DNA from: Antedon mediterranea
Lineage: Eukaryota; Animalia; Echinodermata
Length of the DNA stretch: 64,000 bases
Reading direction: 5' to 3'
NCBI RefSeq assembly: GCF_964355755.1
Contig: NC_092671.1
Span: 7,254,001 to 7,318,000, forward strand
Under the pieces are notes generated by a model. That model had not been told where the DNA came from. It saw only the letters and a program-made list of their open reading frames with translations, and did no database searches. Positions within the stretch are counted from its first letter, which is position 1; every line of letters starts with the position of its first letter. This document shows, piece by piece, positions 1 through 14,830 of the stretch. The position numbers and the translations under genes were made by a program.

Positions 1-1366
1 TATAAACCTAAAAAATGGTAGGGATAAATATCATTATTTATAGTATTATTAAATATCAAATATGGAATAATATTTACATGTATTTAGTTATCATAAAAAC
101 CTTGTATTTAGAATATGATAAATAATGATGGTACTACAGTATTACTAAACTTAAAATATAATCATTAAACAAAAATTACGACAAGATTTCTTACCTTTAA
201 ATAAAAATAATAAATTTAACAACAATTTAAATAACCGCAGATCAATTATGATACAACAGCCACAAACTATAAACAAATTATCCTGTGTGTTGAAAGTAGC
301 AATTCTGGGCATCAGTTTGAAGACTTACCGCAGCAGATAAGCAAGTACTGAAAGCACTATAAAATATCTACCAAACTCTGTCAAGGTGATTCATAAAGGG
401 CGAACAACTTCCCTTTTGTTTCCTGCCTCAATTTAATTTGCAGGAAAACAAAATTGCATTGTTTTACAGACTCATTTACAACAATTATCTTTATTGTATT
501 AATGACCTCTCCCCAATAAAAGAATGAAATCAACTTTAAACTTTGGTAGAGTTTCGATATGATTTACAGATTCTATTATCTGACCTTTGTAGATGGTTGG
601 TGACCTTTGGAGATAGCAGACAGTATTAAAAGTAGAACAAATTATTGGATAATGTAATGTGTCAGTTCTCAATCTTCAGTGCAGTTAAAATTTATAGTTG
701 GGCTGCATATACAAAAAAAGCGTCTCATCTTTAAAAAATAATCAGGCAGAGGGGGGCGAAAATTCAGTAGGGGGAGTGACGCTAAACAAGTTTCTTTTAT
801 ATATTCAGTACAGTTTCAAATCACACATTACACATACAGTAAATTAAAAAGGCCACCTTCATATTTAGTGAAGTATTTTCCCATAAAAAGTGCTTAAGAC
901 TCATAATCAAAGAATAATAAAAACTCTTCAAACTTTTTCATTTCATTTCACAGACATCTACTGTAGGAAGATCCAGGAAGTATATAATACAGTACAATCT
1001 ATCTACAGTCTATCATGTGGTTTCCTGAACTCATCAATAAAAAAAAATGAAATTTAAGAACTTTCCTCATCAAAATTTATTTAACACCAAAAAATGATAT
1101 AAGAATAAGACATCCTTAATAAAGTACTAACAACACAATGCAGACTTTACACTTCGTACAGATAAATATCAGTTTAGTCTACAGACAAGATAATATTACC
1201 AGGATACACACTATTCAACATTATCAGGCAGACAGACACTTCTTATGTTTGTCTTCACTAATTACCTATCAAGAGTAAGGTCAATGGCATGCCATGAAAG
1301 ACACAAATTACAAATTTATTACTTTTTAAAAGTTCAATAAGGACATGTGAATGTGATATGGTATAA

Positions 1367-1667
1367 TAAATTACATGGTATTACATGTAAATTACATGGT
1401 ATTACATGTAAATTACATGGTATTACATGTAAATTACATGGTATTACATGTAAATTACATGGTATTACATGTAAATTACATGGTATTACATGTAAATTAC
1501 ATGGTATTACATGTAAATTACATGGTATTACATGTAAATTACATGGTATTACATGTAAATTACATGGTATTACATGTAAATTACATGGTATTACATGTAA
1601 ATTACATGGTATTACATGTAAATTACATGGTATTACATGTAAATTACATGGTATTACATGTAAATTA
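1367..1667. repeat. 21-bp minisatellite (TAAATTACATGGTATTACATG) x14 plus a partial unit
   Basis: Perfect tandem copies read directly; explains the repetitive ORFs at 1334-1723. Confidence 0.97.
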
Positions 1668-1826
1668 AGATTAGATGTGGTTAGCCAATAATGTTCTTTG
1701 CTAGGCCTACCATCTGATGTCAAATGAGCACATGATAACTGTATTGTTGTATGTTGGTTAATTGATCATCTGCTCTGTACAGGGTAAGAAGAAAGTAAAT
1801 AAAACTATTTAAAATACACTAGTACC

Positions 1827-3584
1827 TAGGCTCGCGCTAACCGCTCGCCAATTCGCCAATGGCGACTGGAGTCTCCATTTGGCGAAAATAATTATTGCCT
1901 CGTTCGCCAAATTGGCGAAAATACATTTCCAAGCCTAGGCCTAGCCTGGTCGGCGTGACTTCTTAATGGGAGCGAGAATTCGCCACACTTCGGTACTTTC
2001 TGACTCGGGTACACTTTTTACCACAACAGCATTTTATGTGACGACGTCACGATCGCCGTGTTCATTTTTTTAGTTCTGTTTAAACATGCGCAGAGCGTGC
2101 CTCGATGACGTTTTAATGACACGCAGTTAATGTGATTGGTTCGTGGCCGGTCGTCGTCGACGTGATGATGAGCGAATAAAAGGGGAAGTCCCTATTCTTC
2201 GACGTAGAAAATGAACTTCGAGAAGAAAATGTAAACAGAAACATGTGGACGAATACTTCCGTAAACGAGGCTGTTCTGTTATTTAAAAAGGGGAATTTTA
2301 AATTTAACAAAGTAATTACCTCAATAGTATAATGTTAACATGTTTAATTTTATTTCCCTTTCGATTATTCTAACCGAAAGTTGCGCTTTAAATTGAATAG
2401 CTAAGAAACAACGTATACTACAACGGCAACCCTGGCCAAAGCGCGTTTCGGCCGCCTACATAGAATGGGTTACGGCCGCTGCATAGCAAATTCAAAGCTT
2501 CTTAAATTTCTGTGGTACATTTCTTCCTAACGTACTTGTTTTATATAATAGATTGATAAATATTCCACTTATTAAATAATTTAATAAATCGGTAAAATTG
2601 ACGTTTCCAAGCAAGTATTCCATGATGAGAGGCGACATTTTTCGACATGCCTCGTGTGCGGCGAATACTAGTTCAGAAAATGGAACAGTCCATTGTGCGG
2701 GGGTTATCCAATCATTAATTAACGCGCTAATACCTAGGCGACGGTAATTTAGTAATAAGCGGAGAACTGAATCCCCCGTAAGGAAAATGGTAAACACTGA
2801 TATTTATGGTAGGGATTATTTTTTTCAGTGGTTGGTCTTGTTGGCTTCTTCGCACCAGGTCCACGCAAAGTCAAATAAAACGATGTGGTTTATCAAACAG
2901 AAATATAAATTACCGTAGCTTTAATTCATTACTAAATTAGCCAGATTTTGATAATGAGAAAGGCTAAAAAATTGTTATCGTTAAAATTGACATATGAGGC
3001 GGATGTACATAATAATAATAACCGATTTACATATCAAAATAAAGAGTATTTAAAGCCTGATAACATGCAACAAAAATTACTCCACCACCTATTATGGACC
3101 TCGTGCGATCGGGTGCGAAAATGGGTAGGTGTTTTCCAAAGTTATTTTTAGCGCGCAGATTTCGGCTCGCCGGCTTTTGTACCTCATTTTTAACTCGTGT
3201 TTTCTATTAAAATATTTAATAAACATAGATTAAAAATATATAAAAATAATCCCTTAAACAAGATCTTTCCAGGCATATAATTTTTATTCTCATGGGTACA
3301 TAAGAAATAGTATATTTTTAACTTCAAAGACACGTCACTTTTTGAAATTTCACGAACGTGTTAAAATCGCGGTAACGAAAATCAGCTTCATTGGGATAAA
3401 TAATAATAATATAAATGTAAAAGAAGTAAAATAACAAACAAATACATGCATTATTTATTTAATAAACATTTTTGCGAATTTTTATGGTTTTTTAAATTTG
3501 GCTAAAGGATTTTCAATTTGGCTAATGTTTTTCAAAACCTTTCGCCATTTTGGCGAACGAAAATTTGACCTTAGCGCGAGCGTA
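1827..3584. mobile_element. Non-autonomous DNA transposon, hAT-like
   Basis: 14-bp TIRs TAGGCTCGCGCTAA / TTAGCGCGAGCGTA (1 mismatch). Subterminal TTCGCCA/TGGCGAA repeats at both ends. Imperfect flanking duplication TAGTACC/GAGTACC. No transposase ORF. Confidence 0.7.
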
Positions 3585-4329
3585 GAGTACCAATATTAAC
3601 GATCAATTATTCATTGCACAATTACCTTTAATCCATATTTTAATTATGTAACTTATAAATTTTGTGTTAATTTCTATGAAAAATTCACTAAAAATATACA
3701 AGGTGTACGAGAATCAATTTATACCAGTTAAGATATTATATTTGCATCAACAACATTGGAATCCTTCAAAGATAAATTTGTGAGTGCCCTTCCTCAACTT
3801 CAAGGACTGTACTAGACTACTACAAGTCATCCATTCCATACAACTCTATCTATTAATATTATATTAATTATTATAAATATAAAGTATAATAGAATAAATA
3901 TTAAGTAAAAAAATAGAATGGTCACATAAGTGTGCAAAAGTATATGTCGTATCATAAAAATGTACACAACAAATACAATCTACTAAAGGAAAGTTACTGA
4001 TTGAATTGTTTTACTTTTAAGTATTGTTCGTTCAATGCATGGCTGGTTACCTTTGTAAATGGTACACCCATGACTGACTGGCCATTCATGCATTGACCGA
4101 AGATAGAGCACAGTACAGAGGAACTTCACTAGGCAACAATAGACGGCCTAGCTAGCTAGGGTGGTAGGAGGCTAGCTCAAGTCATCCATTCAAAATGGAC
4201 GTGACTAAAAATGAATAACCGAACACAACAAAAAATATCATAGGTTACAACCGTGCATGACTAGTAAAATAAAGCCTCAATATCCTAAGAAATTAATTGC
4301 TAGTACTGCAGGAAACTGTCATTACCTAC

Positions 4330-4470
4330 CGAACATTTAAAATCATGAAGGACATTACTTGCCAATCCGAATGTGTCAATGGATAATTCGTGTTTCATCA
4401 TCAAAACTTTAATTGAATTTGCCGTGTCACTCGTGTACCACCATGGTGTTGTGAGAGAGTTGCACTTCCG
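4330..4470 (-). other. Possible non-coding first exon and promoter of a minus-strand gene extending left of the window
   Basis: Minus-strand donor G|GTAGGT at ~4329 and ETS-like CGGAAGTG at ~4463-4470 in a locally GC-richer patch; no coding evidence. Confidence 0.25.
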
Positions 4471-5909
4471 CATTGGGGGGAAAAAGAAGAAGCTCCTCCT
4501 CTCCGATATGCATCATTGCACACCACAACTTAAACCATGGGCGTGGCAAAATGTTATTTAAATTTAATATTTATTTATTTTATTCAGTTTTCAGGTACAA
4601 ACAACAGCATAAAATACAAGACAACGGTGCAGCACCCTGAGGATTGCCGTGAGTGATAAAGCACTTGAATCGGCAAAAGTAAAACAATAAAAATACATAA
4701 GATATAAATTAAAAAATTGTGTTGTGTCAAAATATTAATATTGCTTTATTTAATAATAATTTAAATTGTATACAATATATCTATTCGCATAGCAACCCCA
4801 AACAATGGTGATTGTGGTTTTTTTTTTTTTTGTGAGATACGTTCAAAATAATATAAATAATAGTTTTTAAATGCAAATGGAGAGTCAACTTAGAAATTGT
4901 CATTGCTATTGCTAATTATTTAATACCGTTAATATTTACATTAAAAAATTGTAGTGGTTTATTAATATTCATTTACTTATTTAAATATATAGTATACTAG
5001 TGTATATAACGTAACTACTTCATTGAATCATTGAGAATAAAATTAAGTTTTATTCAATTAAATCTTTCAAGAGAGTAAATACAATAATTATTATGTTAAC
5101 ATTTCGTAATTGTATGCCCCTTTATCCCTACACGATTTTGAATACCACAGTCACCTAAAAAAATTCTCCGTAAAGTTAAATTTGAAAGTGTTTTAAGTTG
5201 TTGAATTTTTGTTAGTATAAAGTATAGAGGGCGATGTGCATTATTTTTGTAAACGCAACTAAATTAAAGAAACTTACTGTTGTTGTTGTTTTGTGCTGGT
5301 CCCAAGATACTTTAATAATGTTATATCATAACATTTTACTTTTTATATGTACATTGCATCAATTCTTTTTCAATTTGCATCGATTTCCATTCCCAGTTAC
5401 ACGGGGAGTAAAAAACATCACTTATAACAACACTCAAAGGAGAATATTGTTTTATTTATCCATGTCATGATGATGGGAATTAAATAAATACAGTACTTTA
5501 AAATTACAGAGTATAGGGCGATTAGAATTTTCCAATACTGAATAACAATAAAACTCAACTTTTATCTCTTCTTTGTTCTCAGCACAAAGAACAAATAATA
5601 ACAGATCTGTATCCAATAGATTCAAATTAAAAGGTATAAAATTTCTAACAAAAATACCAATTTTATAGTATAAATCTACATTCCGATGTGGTTCGTTGAA
5701 CATTTATTTCTCATGATGTCATTATTTTCTTTTTGGGACAAGGTCATCGATCAAATTTGCGTCTCGACGACACGAGTAAAATCCGAAACCATTGGAAGGT
5801 TTTAATTGACTCAAATAACACTGTATTGTACGAAATTTGAAGCCTGAATGCCCATGGGTTTTTTAGTTGATTCGTATAGGAACACCACCAAAAGCCAGTT
5901 TGGCAGGCG

Positions 5910-6069
5910 ATGGATTATGTTGATGCAGCTTCTTCTCTAGCTGTTGCTTCTAGAGGATACGAATATCTGTTTAAACTCTTATTTATTGGTGATTCTGGAG
6001 TCGGTAAGACGTCGATGATATATCGTTTCTCAGACGATAAGTTTAGTTCGGCATTTATTCATACGATAG
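5910..6069 (+). CDS. Divergent alternative first coding exon (1a) of Rab8
   Basis: [54 protein letters not shown], then a phase-1 GTAAGT donor at the same position as canonical exon 1. No exon-2 homologue seen before 10110. Confidence 0.8.
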
Positions 6070-7836
6070 GTAAGTTTGTGGTTACAAGTTTTTATAAGGT
6101 CATCCAAACTCATACAGATCGATGTTTTCCAGATGCGTTGGATGAAGAAAGGAGAAAGGTTAATCGTACGTTAGGCCTACTACTGTTGCTCAAGAAATGG
6201 AAACAAAATCATTTATGACAATTGTTGTTATTAAAGTACACAACAAATTAAATGATTGATGTCAGCTTTCTTTGTGATTGCTCACTCACTTCACTCACAT
6301 TGTCAAACTTTGCATTGTTCGCTCCCTACATAAAATATATTGATAAATATATAATATTTCTGTCCTGTTTTAATCAGTACTGAACATAAATTAAATTTAA
6401 TTAGTCTTCGCCAACACTATTTCTTTTGATTTTCCCTGGTCCATGTTGTTTTTTTTTTTACATAACGTCTTAGATATTAATTTAATTTATTTTTTTTGTC
6501 ATTAATTATATTATATTTATATTATATTTAATTTCTGTTAAAGGAAAGTCTTTAAACAGTGTTTGGTTTCGCTTTTGACAATCCTGGGGAATGTATTTGT
6601 ATGTATTCTATGAGCCGATATTGAATAAATCAAATCAAAATAATGGTTTTGTCAAACAGTTATGGTCGGAAAATGGCAAAATCAACACTGTGATCATGTT
6701 ACAAAGTAATTGTCTAAACAATATAGACTCGACTCCTAACTTAAAAGTAGGAAACCTTTCGCCATTCTTCCCCTAACTTGCAAAGTGAACATTAGGCCTA
6801 TATGACATTAAAATGGCTTATGCAACAAGAAATTATTTCCAGGGGAAAATAAGCCTATTTAAGAATAATATAACTTGTAAACGCAAAATTGAGATCAGAA
6901 AAGAAAAAGAAAGGGTCAGTCATGTTGACGGTTTAGAAGAAATAAAGGCTGAAAACAGACAGAGAAGTTTCGCAGAAGAGGACTTTCCCGGGAACTTTCC
7001 CTCTCAAACTTCATTCACCGATAATGAAATAATGCGTAGGAAGAATAAGCCAACATATATTGTGAAACCAGCAAAGTAGATATTGACCCAATAAAAATAA
7101 ATAAAGATAACCTGAACTTTATTTCGTTTAAAATAACGAAAAAAATACAGTTATACTATCCCGTCACAATTGTGCGAACTTTTATAGGCCTAAACTAAAA
7201 TTACTTCAGTCCTGGTTGGAACAAGTAAATTAGTTATAGGTAAATAATTAATTTTTTTCCCTTTATGAAATTGTTTTTTGTTATCCTTAAAAAAAATATA
7301 GAATTTGTCAACATTCTGTTATGCGCCGGACATTTTTCAAGTTGATAAGTGGTCTTTATATCTGATTTTTTTAAACGGTCGGTTGGTCGATAATTTTGTG
7401 ATATACACAAAACGTAGTTTTTAAAAACATTGAAAATGAACTATCCCTGACACTTTTAAGCGAGCGTGAGAACAAATCGAAATGAAAAAGAGGAGAAATT
7501 ATAATTAATATGTACAGGCCTTAATCAGTGACAGTACGATAGAAATTTGAATTTTTATATTCGGTTCCTGATTTTGATTACCTTTCTTTTGAGTGGCTGG
7601 CTACTCACTGAAACTTCGGAAACAATCCTAATTTTAGCCATACAAATATTATCACTGCTGTTGTGAAAAATTGAATTATTTTATTATATTGAATTTGAAA
7701 AGTTTTTTTTTTATCGAATTCCCAAAATCAATGCGGAAATGCATCAGACCTCACACACATGCTCAGAGTATACGTCATAGCCAACTAACACTATGCAAAT
7801 GAGTTCGTGGCCGACAATGGTTGCAGTGGAATCGTC

Positions 7837-10800
7837 ATGGCCAAAACCTACGATTTTCTGTTTAAATTGCTACTTATAGGTGATTCTGGTGTCGGGAAGA
7901 CTTGTGTATTATTCAGATTTTCAGAAGATGCATTTAATTCAACTTTTATATCAACAATAGGTGAGAAATCGACCCCAATAACTTGCAAATTACTGTTCAT
8001 TAATGGTTATTTCTAGGCCTCGCTTGGAGGCTCTGTTCCAATGTGTTATCCACTACTTCCGCCCTTTTTGCGACTGACTTCGAACATTCCCTTTGAACTG
8101 GTGGTATACCTTGCTTACAATTACATGTACTTAATTTTAAATGGGCGCTAGAAAGATAATTGAATAATGAATATAATAATGATATATTGCCGATTCATTG
8201 TTATTTGGCTCTCTATTCTTATCATGTAAAAACTACACACACGGCATACAAAACAGATAGATAAATAATAATATTAATAATATTATTAATAAATTATAAA
8301 CATCAAGAAAAATTAAGTAGGCCTATGCTGCAGCAGCTAGGTAGACCTACTAATACTAGCTGGGCTTGGTAATAATTATTATGAACTTTTTGATTGACTA
8401 GAATAAGCTTAGTTAAGTGGGGGTGGGGGGGGGGGTGAGAGTGCCTAACAGGTAATACAGTCTGATTTAGTAGTACAATCTTTCTGTTGAAGCATCTATC
8501 CATGCCATGGATGGAATTATTCGTTGGTTTTTAATTTTACTAAAATGATATGTACGCTGTAAGAGAATTATATAATAATAGTAATACAGAGATGAAAAAT
8601 TGAACATTTGTTGACAGTACTACAGTAATTAAAACTCATGTCATTTTGTCTAGTCTGAACTACAGTACTGTACTAACATAACAAAGCTGCACACATAAAA
8701 TACTATTTGTACAGTACTTGCTGCTGTCGGAATTTAGGAAAGACAAAATTCATGAATTTCAATCAGCAATAATACACAAACTTTAAAAGCCCATTAAGAA
8801 TATTAATTGTCACTTTATATTCTGTGAAATGACTTACACATAGCAACAGTTTAATTTCAGCTGCCTATTAATAGCTCAGGTAAGTTGAGTAGTTGATATT
8901 CTTGTGCGACTTTTTATCAACTAGTACAAAACAAAACAGTACCTGTTTTATAACACCCCCATCCCCCCCCCCCCCCAACTCCTACTGCTGAAAAATAATA
9001 CCACCCACTACTAATATAACCCTTTTGAATATTGCCTCCAAGATTTACCCACCATCCACCATATAAATCTTAAGTTGCAAAACCTTACTCAACTTAAGGT
9101 AAATCTGTATAATAAAACCAAAATTTTCTCATAATTTATTCAGTAATTTAGTTTCCATTAGTTTGTATAGCAATTAGTAGATTGAAATGACACTTGCTGG
9201 CCTGCCCTGTTTCTCTTTTAACATCAATCGTTTTTGTGATAATAATATGATGTACTGTACTCCTATACACTTTGTCTGTGTTTCACTTTATTATTATTCA
9301 TTATGATAACATATTAGTTAATTTGAATCTCCAGTGGGATTGCCTTTGGGCATTAATACGTTCCCATGAGCATTTAAAATTACAGTAACTTTAGACCTAA
9401 TTCTGTACTATATCTGTAATATAGTGGAAATTTGAATTACATTTTAAATGTTAGTAATTCTTGTACAAACCTTGAGTGTACCAGCCTACAAACCAACAAA
9501 TGAATTAGCAATGACTAGCTGGACAAAATTACAGGCAGCCTTGACACTTATAATAAAATAAAAAAATACTGAGACTTTGTATAAAATAAATGAACCTGTA
9601 TTTAAAATATGTTTTATTGTCCGTTTTGTCGTAAAGAAAGTGTTTGAGTGATGGAATTACAATTTACTACAGTATTATGTATTTAATGATTGTAAGATAT
9701 AATAATATATTATATTGTACAACAATTATTTTTAACTTAAATATGTAAATAAATAATATATTATTTAAACAATTGTAGTGACAATGGCAATTTAACTTAA
9801 TATGCTGATTCTCTTTTACAGTAATAATCTGTAGTATTCAATATTTATACAGTTTGGTGTATATAACCTACACTTACTGATATTATCAAGGTCACCTGAT
9901 AGAATAAATAACTTTATTATCCAATTTTTGTTGGCTCTTTGTAACTACAGACACTAGTTGTGTGGGTAGGTAAACTATATAGTTGCTATTGCAGTGAGTC
10001 AGTTGAAGTACTTCCCACTCAAATTAGTACAATTCACAATCATATTCAGAAGTTTAAACAAAACTTTATAAATGTAATATTCTTATCTGATTTGTATGTT
10101 TATTTGCAGGAATTGATTTCAAGATTAGAACAATAGAATTAGATGGAAAGAAAATCAAATTACAAATATGGTAGGTTATTTTTTTTAAACCAAAAATGTT
10201 TTTTTATGAAAAACAATGCCGTATTTTATCTTGACGATATGACCCTGGTAAAAATATTAGTTTGATACAGTAAATATGTGAGCAAGATGAAATTTTAAAG
10301 TACTGTATAAAGTTCTTTCTACACTATCAACCTTTATGTGACCAAAAAAATGTGATATGGACATGATGTCAGATCACTACCATATTTGGGCATATCTCTT
10401 ATCATATTTGGGCACTAGTTTGATAGTGTGGACAGAGTTTAAGATTAATTTAATTTATTTAAATTAATATATAGAGCTATCCTTGAATTCCTTAAAACAT
10501 AGAGGAAAAAATAAATGTTTTGAATTGTTTTTCCTCCATGCTTGTAACTGGAAGCTACTATATCGATAATATTTTTTAATTCAATTATAAAATTCAGAAA
10601 TCATAAATAATATTGTACATGTTAGTAGATTAATATAAATGTGGTTATTAAACTGCATGCATTACACTATATTTTAGAGAATTAATAATATTGTTATTGA
10701 ACTGTACCTGTATGAATTACACTGTATGTTGTTGTTTATTAGGGATACAGCAGGCCAGGAACGATTCAGGACTATCACCACAGCTTACTACAGAGGTGCA

Positions 10801-13800
10801 ATGGTACGTAATAATTGCATACTAACTTATGATTGACAGAGGCAGATTCCAGGAGAAATAGAAAGCATTGCCATAACTTATCCATGACAAAATAAACCAC
10901 TTTTACGAAAACCATAAACTAGATAAATATAGGACAGGGGTGCCGCAAACCAAAGTCATAATATTGGCACAGGCTAAGGCCCTTCTCGACCATAATTCTG
11001 GTGGTAGAAGAATTCTTCTCGGATAACAACTCAAAATGGTGGTCCTGGTTACACATATGTCTTGTATGTGATGGATTACCCCTTTTGGTTCAAAATTAAG
11101 CCCCTGTTGATGTTACAGCAGTTGTTTATTCAGCTGCTAATTTAGGTTCACCTTCACCCAATCCCCATATAACTTTCTTTGAGCTGCAATAGAGATTTTC
11201 ACACCACAAACCAAGAATGATTAAATTTCTTTTGTTTCACAGGGTATCATGCTTGTTTACGACATCACAAACATCAAATCCTTTGACAACATCAGAAATT
11301 GGATTAGGAACATTGAGGATGTAAGATCAGTTTTTTTTTTATTACAACATAGACCTGAACATTGTTATGAGCTCTGTTGAAGTGAGATCACTTCCAAAAA
11401 TAATAAATTATAATATGATTGTTATTTATATTAATTGTTAAAAATGTGTATACCGTGCTACATCATCTTTAATTCATCATTAATATTTGGAGGTGTAAAG
11501 TCCAGCTTAAATGTTAGCAGTCATTGTATTGAAAATTTCGTGTTTGTCTACGGATTGAGAATTTCTTTCTTTGTCGGCAGATATTTTAATTATGTAGTAT
11601 TTCATACACCAATTTTATTTTAACCAGTGGGTTGTGGAAAAGTAAATAGAGTGCATTTTATTAATTATACACACAGTAGATGCAGTGAATGATAACTCAA
11701 TTGTATTTTGTTGTTTCTTACAGCATGCATCAGCAGATGTGGAAAAGATGATCTTAGGTAACAAATGTGACATGGATGATAGGAGACAAGTATCAAAAGA
11801 TAGAGGCGAACAGGTAAATGGCTTTTCTATAGGAATCATTTACAGACAAATTCCCAATAAAGCTCTGTCTACACTATCAAACTTTATGAGACAAAAAAAT
11901 GTGATGTGCCCATTTATGGACATAATGATGTCATATCACTACCATATTTGGGCACATCACACTTTTTTTGTCAAACTAGTTTGATAGTGTAGACAGCTTT
12001 AGTAAAAGCTCTCCTTTGAGAAAAGGTGGATTCCAGCTAAATGTTGATGAAAAAGATAGGACATTAAGTTCAGCATTTCCCACCCACCCCAAATGATATT
12101 CGTATTGCTAGCCACATCATATATGTAACAATTAATACAATTTGTTTTTCAAAAGTAAATTCATTTCGTTCGGTTTGATTTATTATTGTAGATAATGATG
12201 ATATAAAACAATCTCCGAACAAAAGGTGAAGAAGGCTATTTGTGATTCCACATTTTTGATTAAAGATTTCTTGAATATAGACAAATAAAGTTTGAAAATA
12301 TTGAATCACAATTGCTTCCCTCAATTTTTTTCCGGAGTTTGTTTTATACTATCATAGTTATATCAAACCTTTTAGTGAACTCTCTTACCTTAGTGATAGT
12401 AATATAAGGAGGCTTTAGCATATTTTTTTTTTTACTTTTGGAGACTCTAGTTTATTGTAGATAAGAATGTGTTACTCTTTTATTTCAGTTGGCCATAGAG
12501 TATGGAATTAAATTCATGGAAACAAGTGCAAAAGCCAGTATCAATGTAGAAGATGTAAGTACTGAAAGATTCACACACTACATTAGCCATGAAAAGCATG
12601 ATTGGTGTAGATTTCAAGATCATATTGTATTATTATAACAAAGTTGGTAGCAAAATCCAATCAGATGCCTCCCATTTAGTCTCTTGTTTGGAGCTCCATA
12701 CTGTCTTTTGGATTAAGGCCGATATTTATTGTTACTTAATTATCATATTCATTTTGTGTGGAAAATCAATAAAAACAAACTGACAGGCGGTAACGGTAAC
12801 GAAAAACTGCATAGCTTGTCCCATGTAGAATCTGTATCTATCCGCCCGACCGCCCCGCACTTCGTGACTAACGGTCATAAGGACTAACATAGATTTCATA
12901 TTTTTATTACCGTTACCGCTCTTCTGTGTAAATCGTCGTCCTTCGTGTGTCAATTCATTTTTAGACAAAATAATGAATTTAGTTTATTTTCTTAACAGGC
13001 TTTCTTCACACTAGCAAGGGATATTAAGGCTAAGATGGACAGGAAGTTGGTAAGTTGCCACCTTACATCCTCTCTTAACACACGGTGTCATATTTACACT
13101 TGTTTCAGTTTCTGTTTTCGAAGAACATACTTATTTCTTGTGTTGGATTACTAGATTGAAATAAAATATTATAAGAATAATGAATGATTATAAGTTGAAT
13201 GGTGAGAGTATGTTGTTGATAGATTGACTGCTCTATTTATTCACCAGAAAAAAAAATAAAGTCAAACAGAAGCCCATTGTCTCTCTGACAAATCAGGGTT
13301 TTAAATTGAACTGTTTTTGTCTTTTTATAAGTGAAATATTATTAATATTTTATTGGTTTTTATTTTTTTTTTCTGTGGAAGTGAATAATTTTATTGAAAC
13401 TACAAAATGGTCCATTAAAAGTTTGATTTGATTCAAGTTTTTCATGTTTCCTGGAACAGTATGTCTTTAAAGATTGTAAGCTTTCTTGATGTGGCGTCCC
13501 TTTTCCACTTATTATATATTTTCTTGCATTATATTAATTATGTTCATTATCGGTTGTATATTTATTATGTTACTCTGTATTTTGCTATATTATTTGTGCA
13601 TTAGGTGTACATCCCCATTAGAACTTTTTGGTCAAAATCCTTATCAGATAAATCAACTAAGCAGGTGATTAATTACCTGAATCCTATTATACCCCTGTGA
13701 TTTTATTAGCTCTCGTGTAATTGATTGATTAGGAAAAGGTACATTCTTCAGTATGCAAGGACAATGGTCAGGCAAAAACTAGCAGAAGTCGGCAATGATC

Positions 13801-14060
13801 AAATAGTTTAACGACCTGCCTATCAAAGTTGGACTTAAATAAACACATGTCACAGTAGGAGGTTAAGTGACATTTACCTGAAGTTTTTCAAAACTTCGGG
13901 TAAAAATGAACACATTCTCTAATGGGGCTGTACACGTAATGTGGAAATAAATGTTATTATTTTTAATTTGTTATAGGATGCAACACAGCCACAAAAGAGC
14001 TTTCCCGATCGACCTAGCGAATCAGGACACAAAACTGGTTGGAGGTGTAGTATTCTGTGA
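7837..14060 (+). CDS. RAB8: Ras-related protein Rab8 (204 aa, 8 coding exons)
   Basis: Exons 7837-7960, 10110-10170, 10743-10803, 11243-11320, 11724-11813, 12489-12554, 12999-13049, 13977-14060, all GT-AG and in frame. Motifs [49 protein letters not shown]-terminal CaaX CSIL. Closely matches recalled Rab8A. Confidence 0.97.
10311..10439. mobile_element. Family-1 MITE (TIR AGCTCTGTCTACACTATCAA; PIF/Harbinger-like)
   Basis: TIRs plus internal ATCACTACCATATTTGGGC units; TAA/TTA flanks. Confidence 0.75.
11861..11998. mobile_element. Family-1 MITE
   Basis: Same TIRs and internal sequence; TAA left, TTA right. Confidence 0.8.
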
Positions 14061-14446
14061 TCACCTACAGCCACAGACACGCCTTTCCGCCCAACTCAGC
14101 TTGCAAAGAATCCTCTGTCTTCTATCATCCATGCGGCCAATAGTATTCACGGCAAGGTGTCCGAGGGCTTCAGCCTAGGAGTATGTTCAGCAGTATTATT
14201 TTGTGCTTTGTGGCTTGAGATACTATTATCTTGATGCGTACAAAACATGTATAACTGAATGTTCATACATTTTATTGGTTGGTTATATAACTATTATATA
14301 TATTGTATTTTGAATTATTATTTTAACAAGAGTTAATCACACAAGCTCTAACCATAGAAGTATACCTCCATGTTCCACAATCATTAGTTACACATAAATG
14401 TATGACCCAAGTGCTTTGGAGAAAAATAGTGTCTGAAATGAGTATA

Positions 14447-14830
14447 GTTCAAAGATAATAAGATATCAAATTATTTTATGTAATTCAAAGTATTTTAAGG
14501 ACACTATTTTGTTCCAAAATCACAGTTATAATTATGTCACCAGAATTATGGAAGGGATCGGGTCAAATCGGGTTGGCTACTATGGTACAATATCAACAAA
14601 TTAGCCAGATATTTGAAATGATGGGTAAAAATAAGTTCAATGCAATTATTGTTCAAAGATAATATAAGATATAAAATTATTTTATATAATTCAAAAATCA
14701 GTTATAATTTTTTCACAAGAATTAGGGAAGGGGTCGGGTCAAACCGGGTTGGTTACTATGGTACCATATCAACAACTTAACCAGATATTTAAAATGATAG
14801 GTAAAAATAATTTCAATGCAATTATTGTTT
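14447..14830. repeat. ~190-bp tandem duplication in the presumed Rab8 3' UTR
   Basis: GTTCAAAGATAATA...GGGTCAAA(T/C)CGGGTTGG...TCAATGCAATTATTGTT occurs twice in succession. Confidence 0.85.

Noticed and set aside
181-430. Minus-strand donor-like sites (193-194, 327-328) and a short hydrophobic frame
   Set aside because: No consistent exon chain or recognisable protein could be built within the window.
1334-1723. Three overlapping ORFs with 7-aa repeats, and a superficial CRISPR-like periodicity
   Set aside because: By-product of a stop-poor 21-bp minisatellite; there are no spacers and no gene context.
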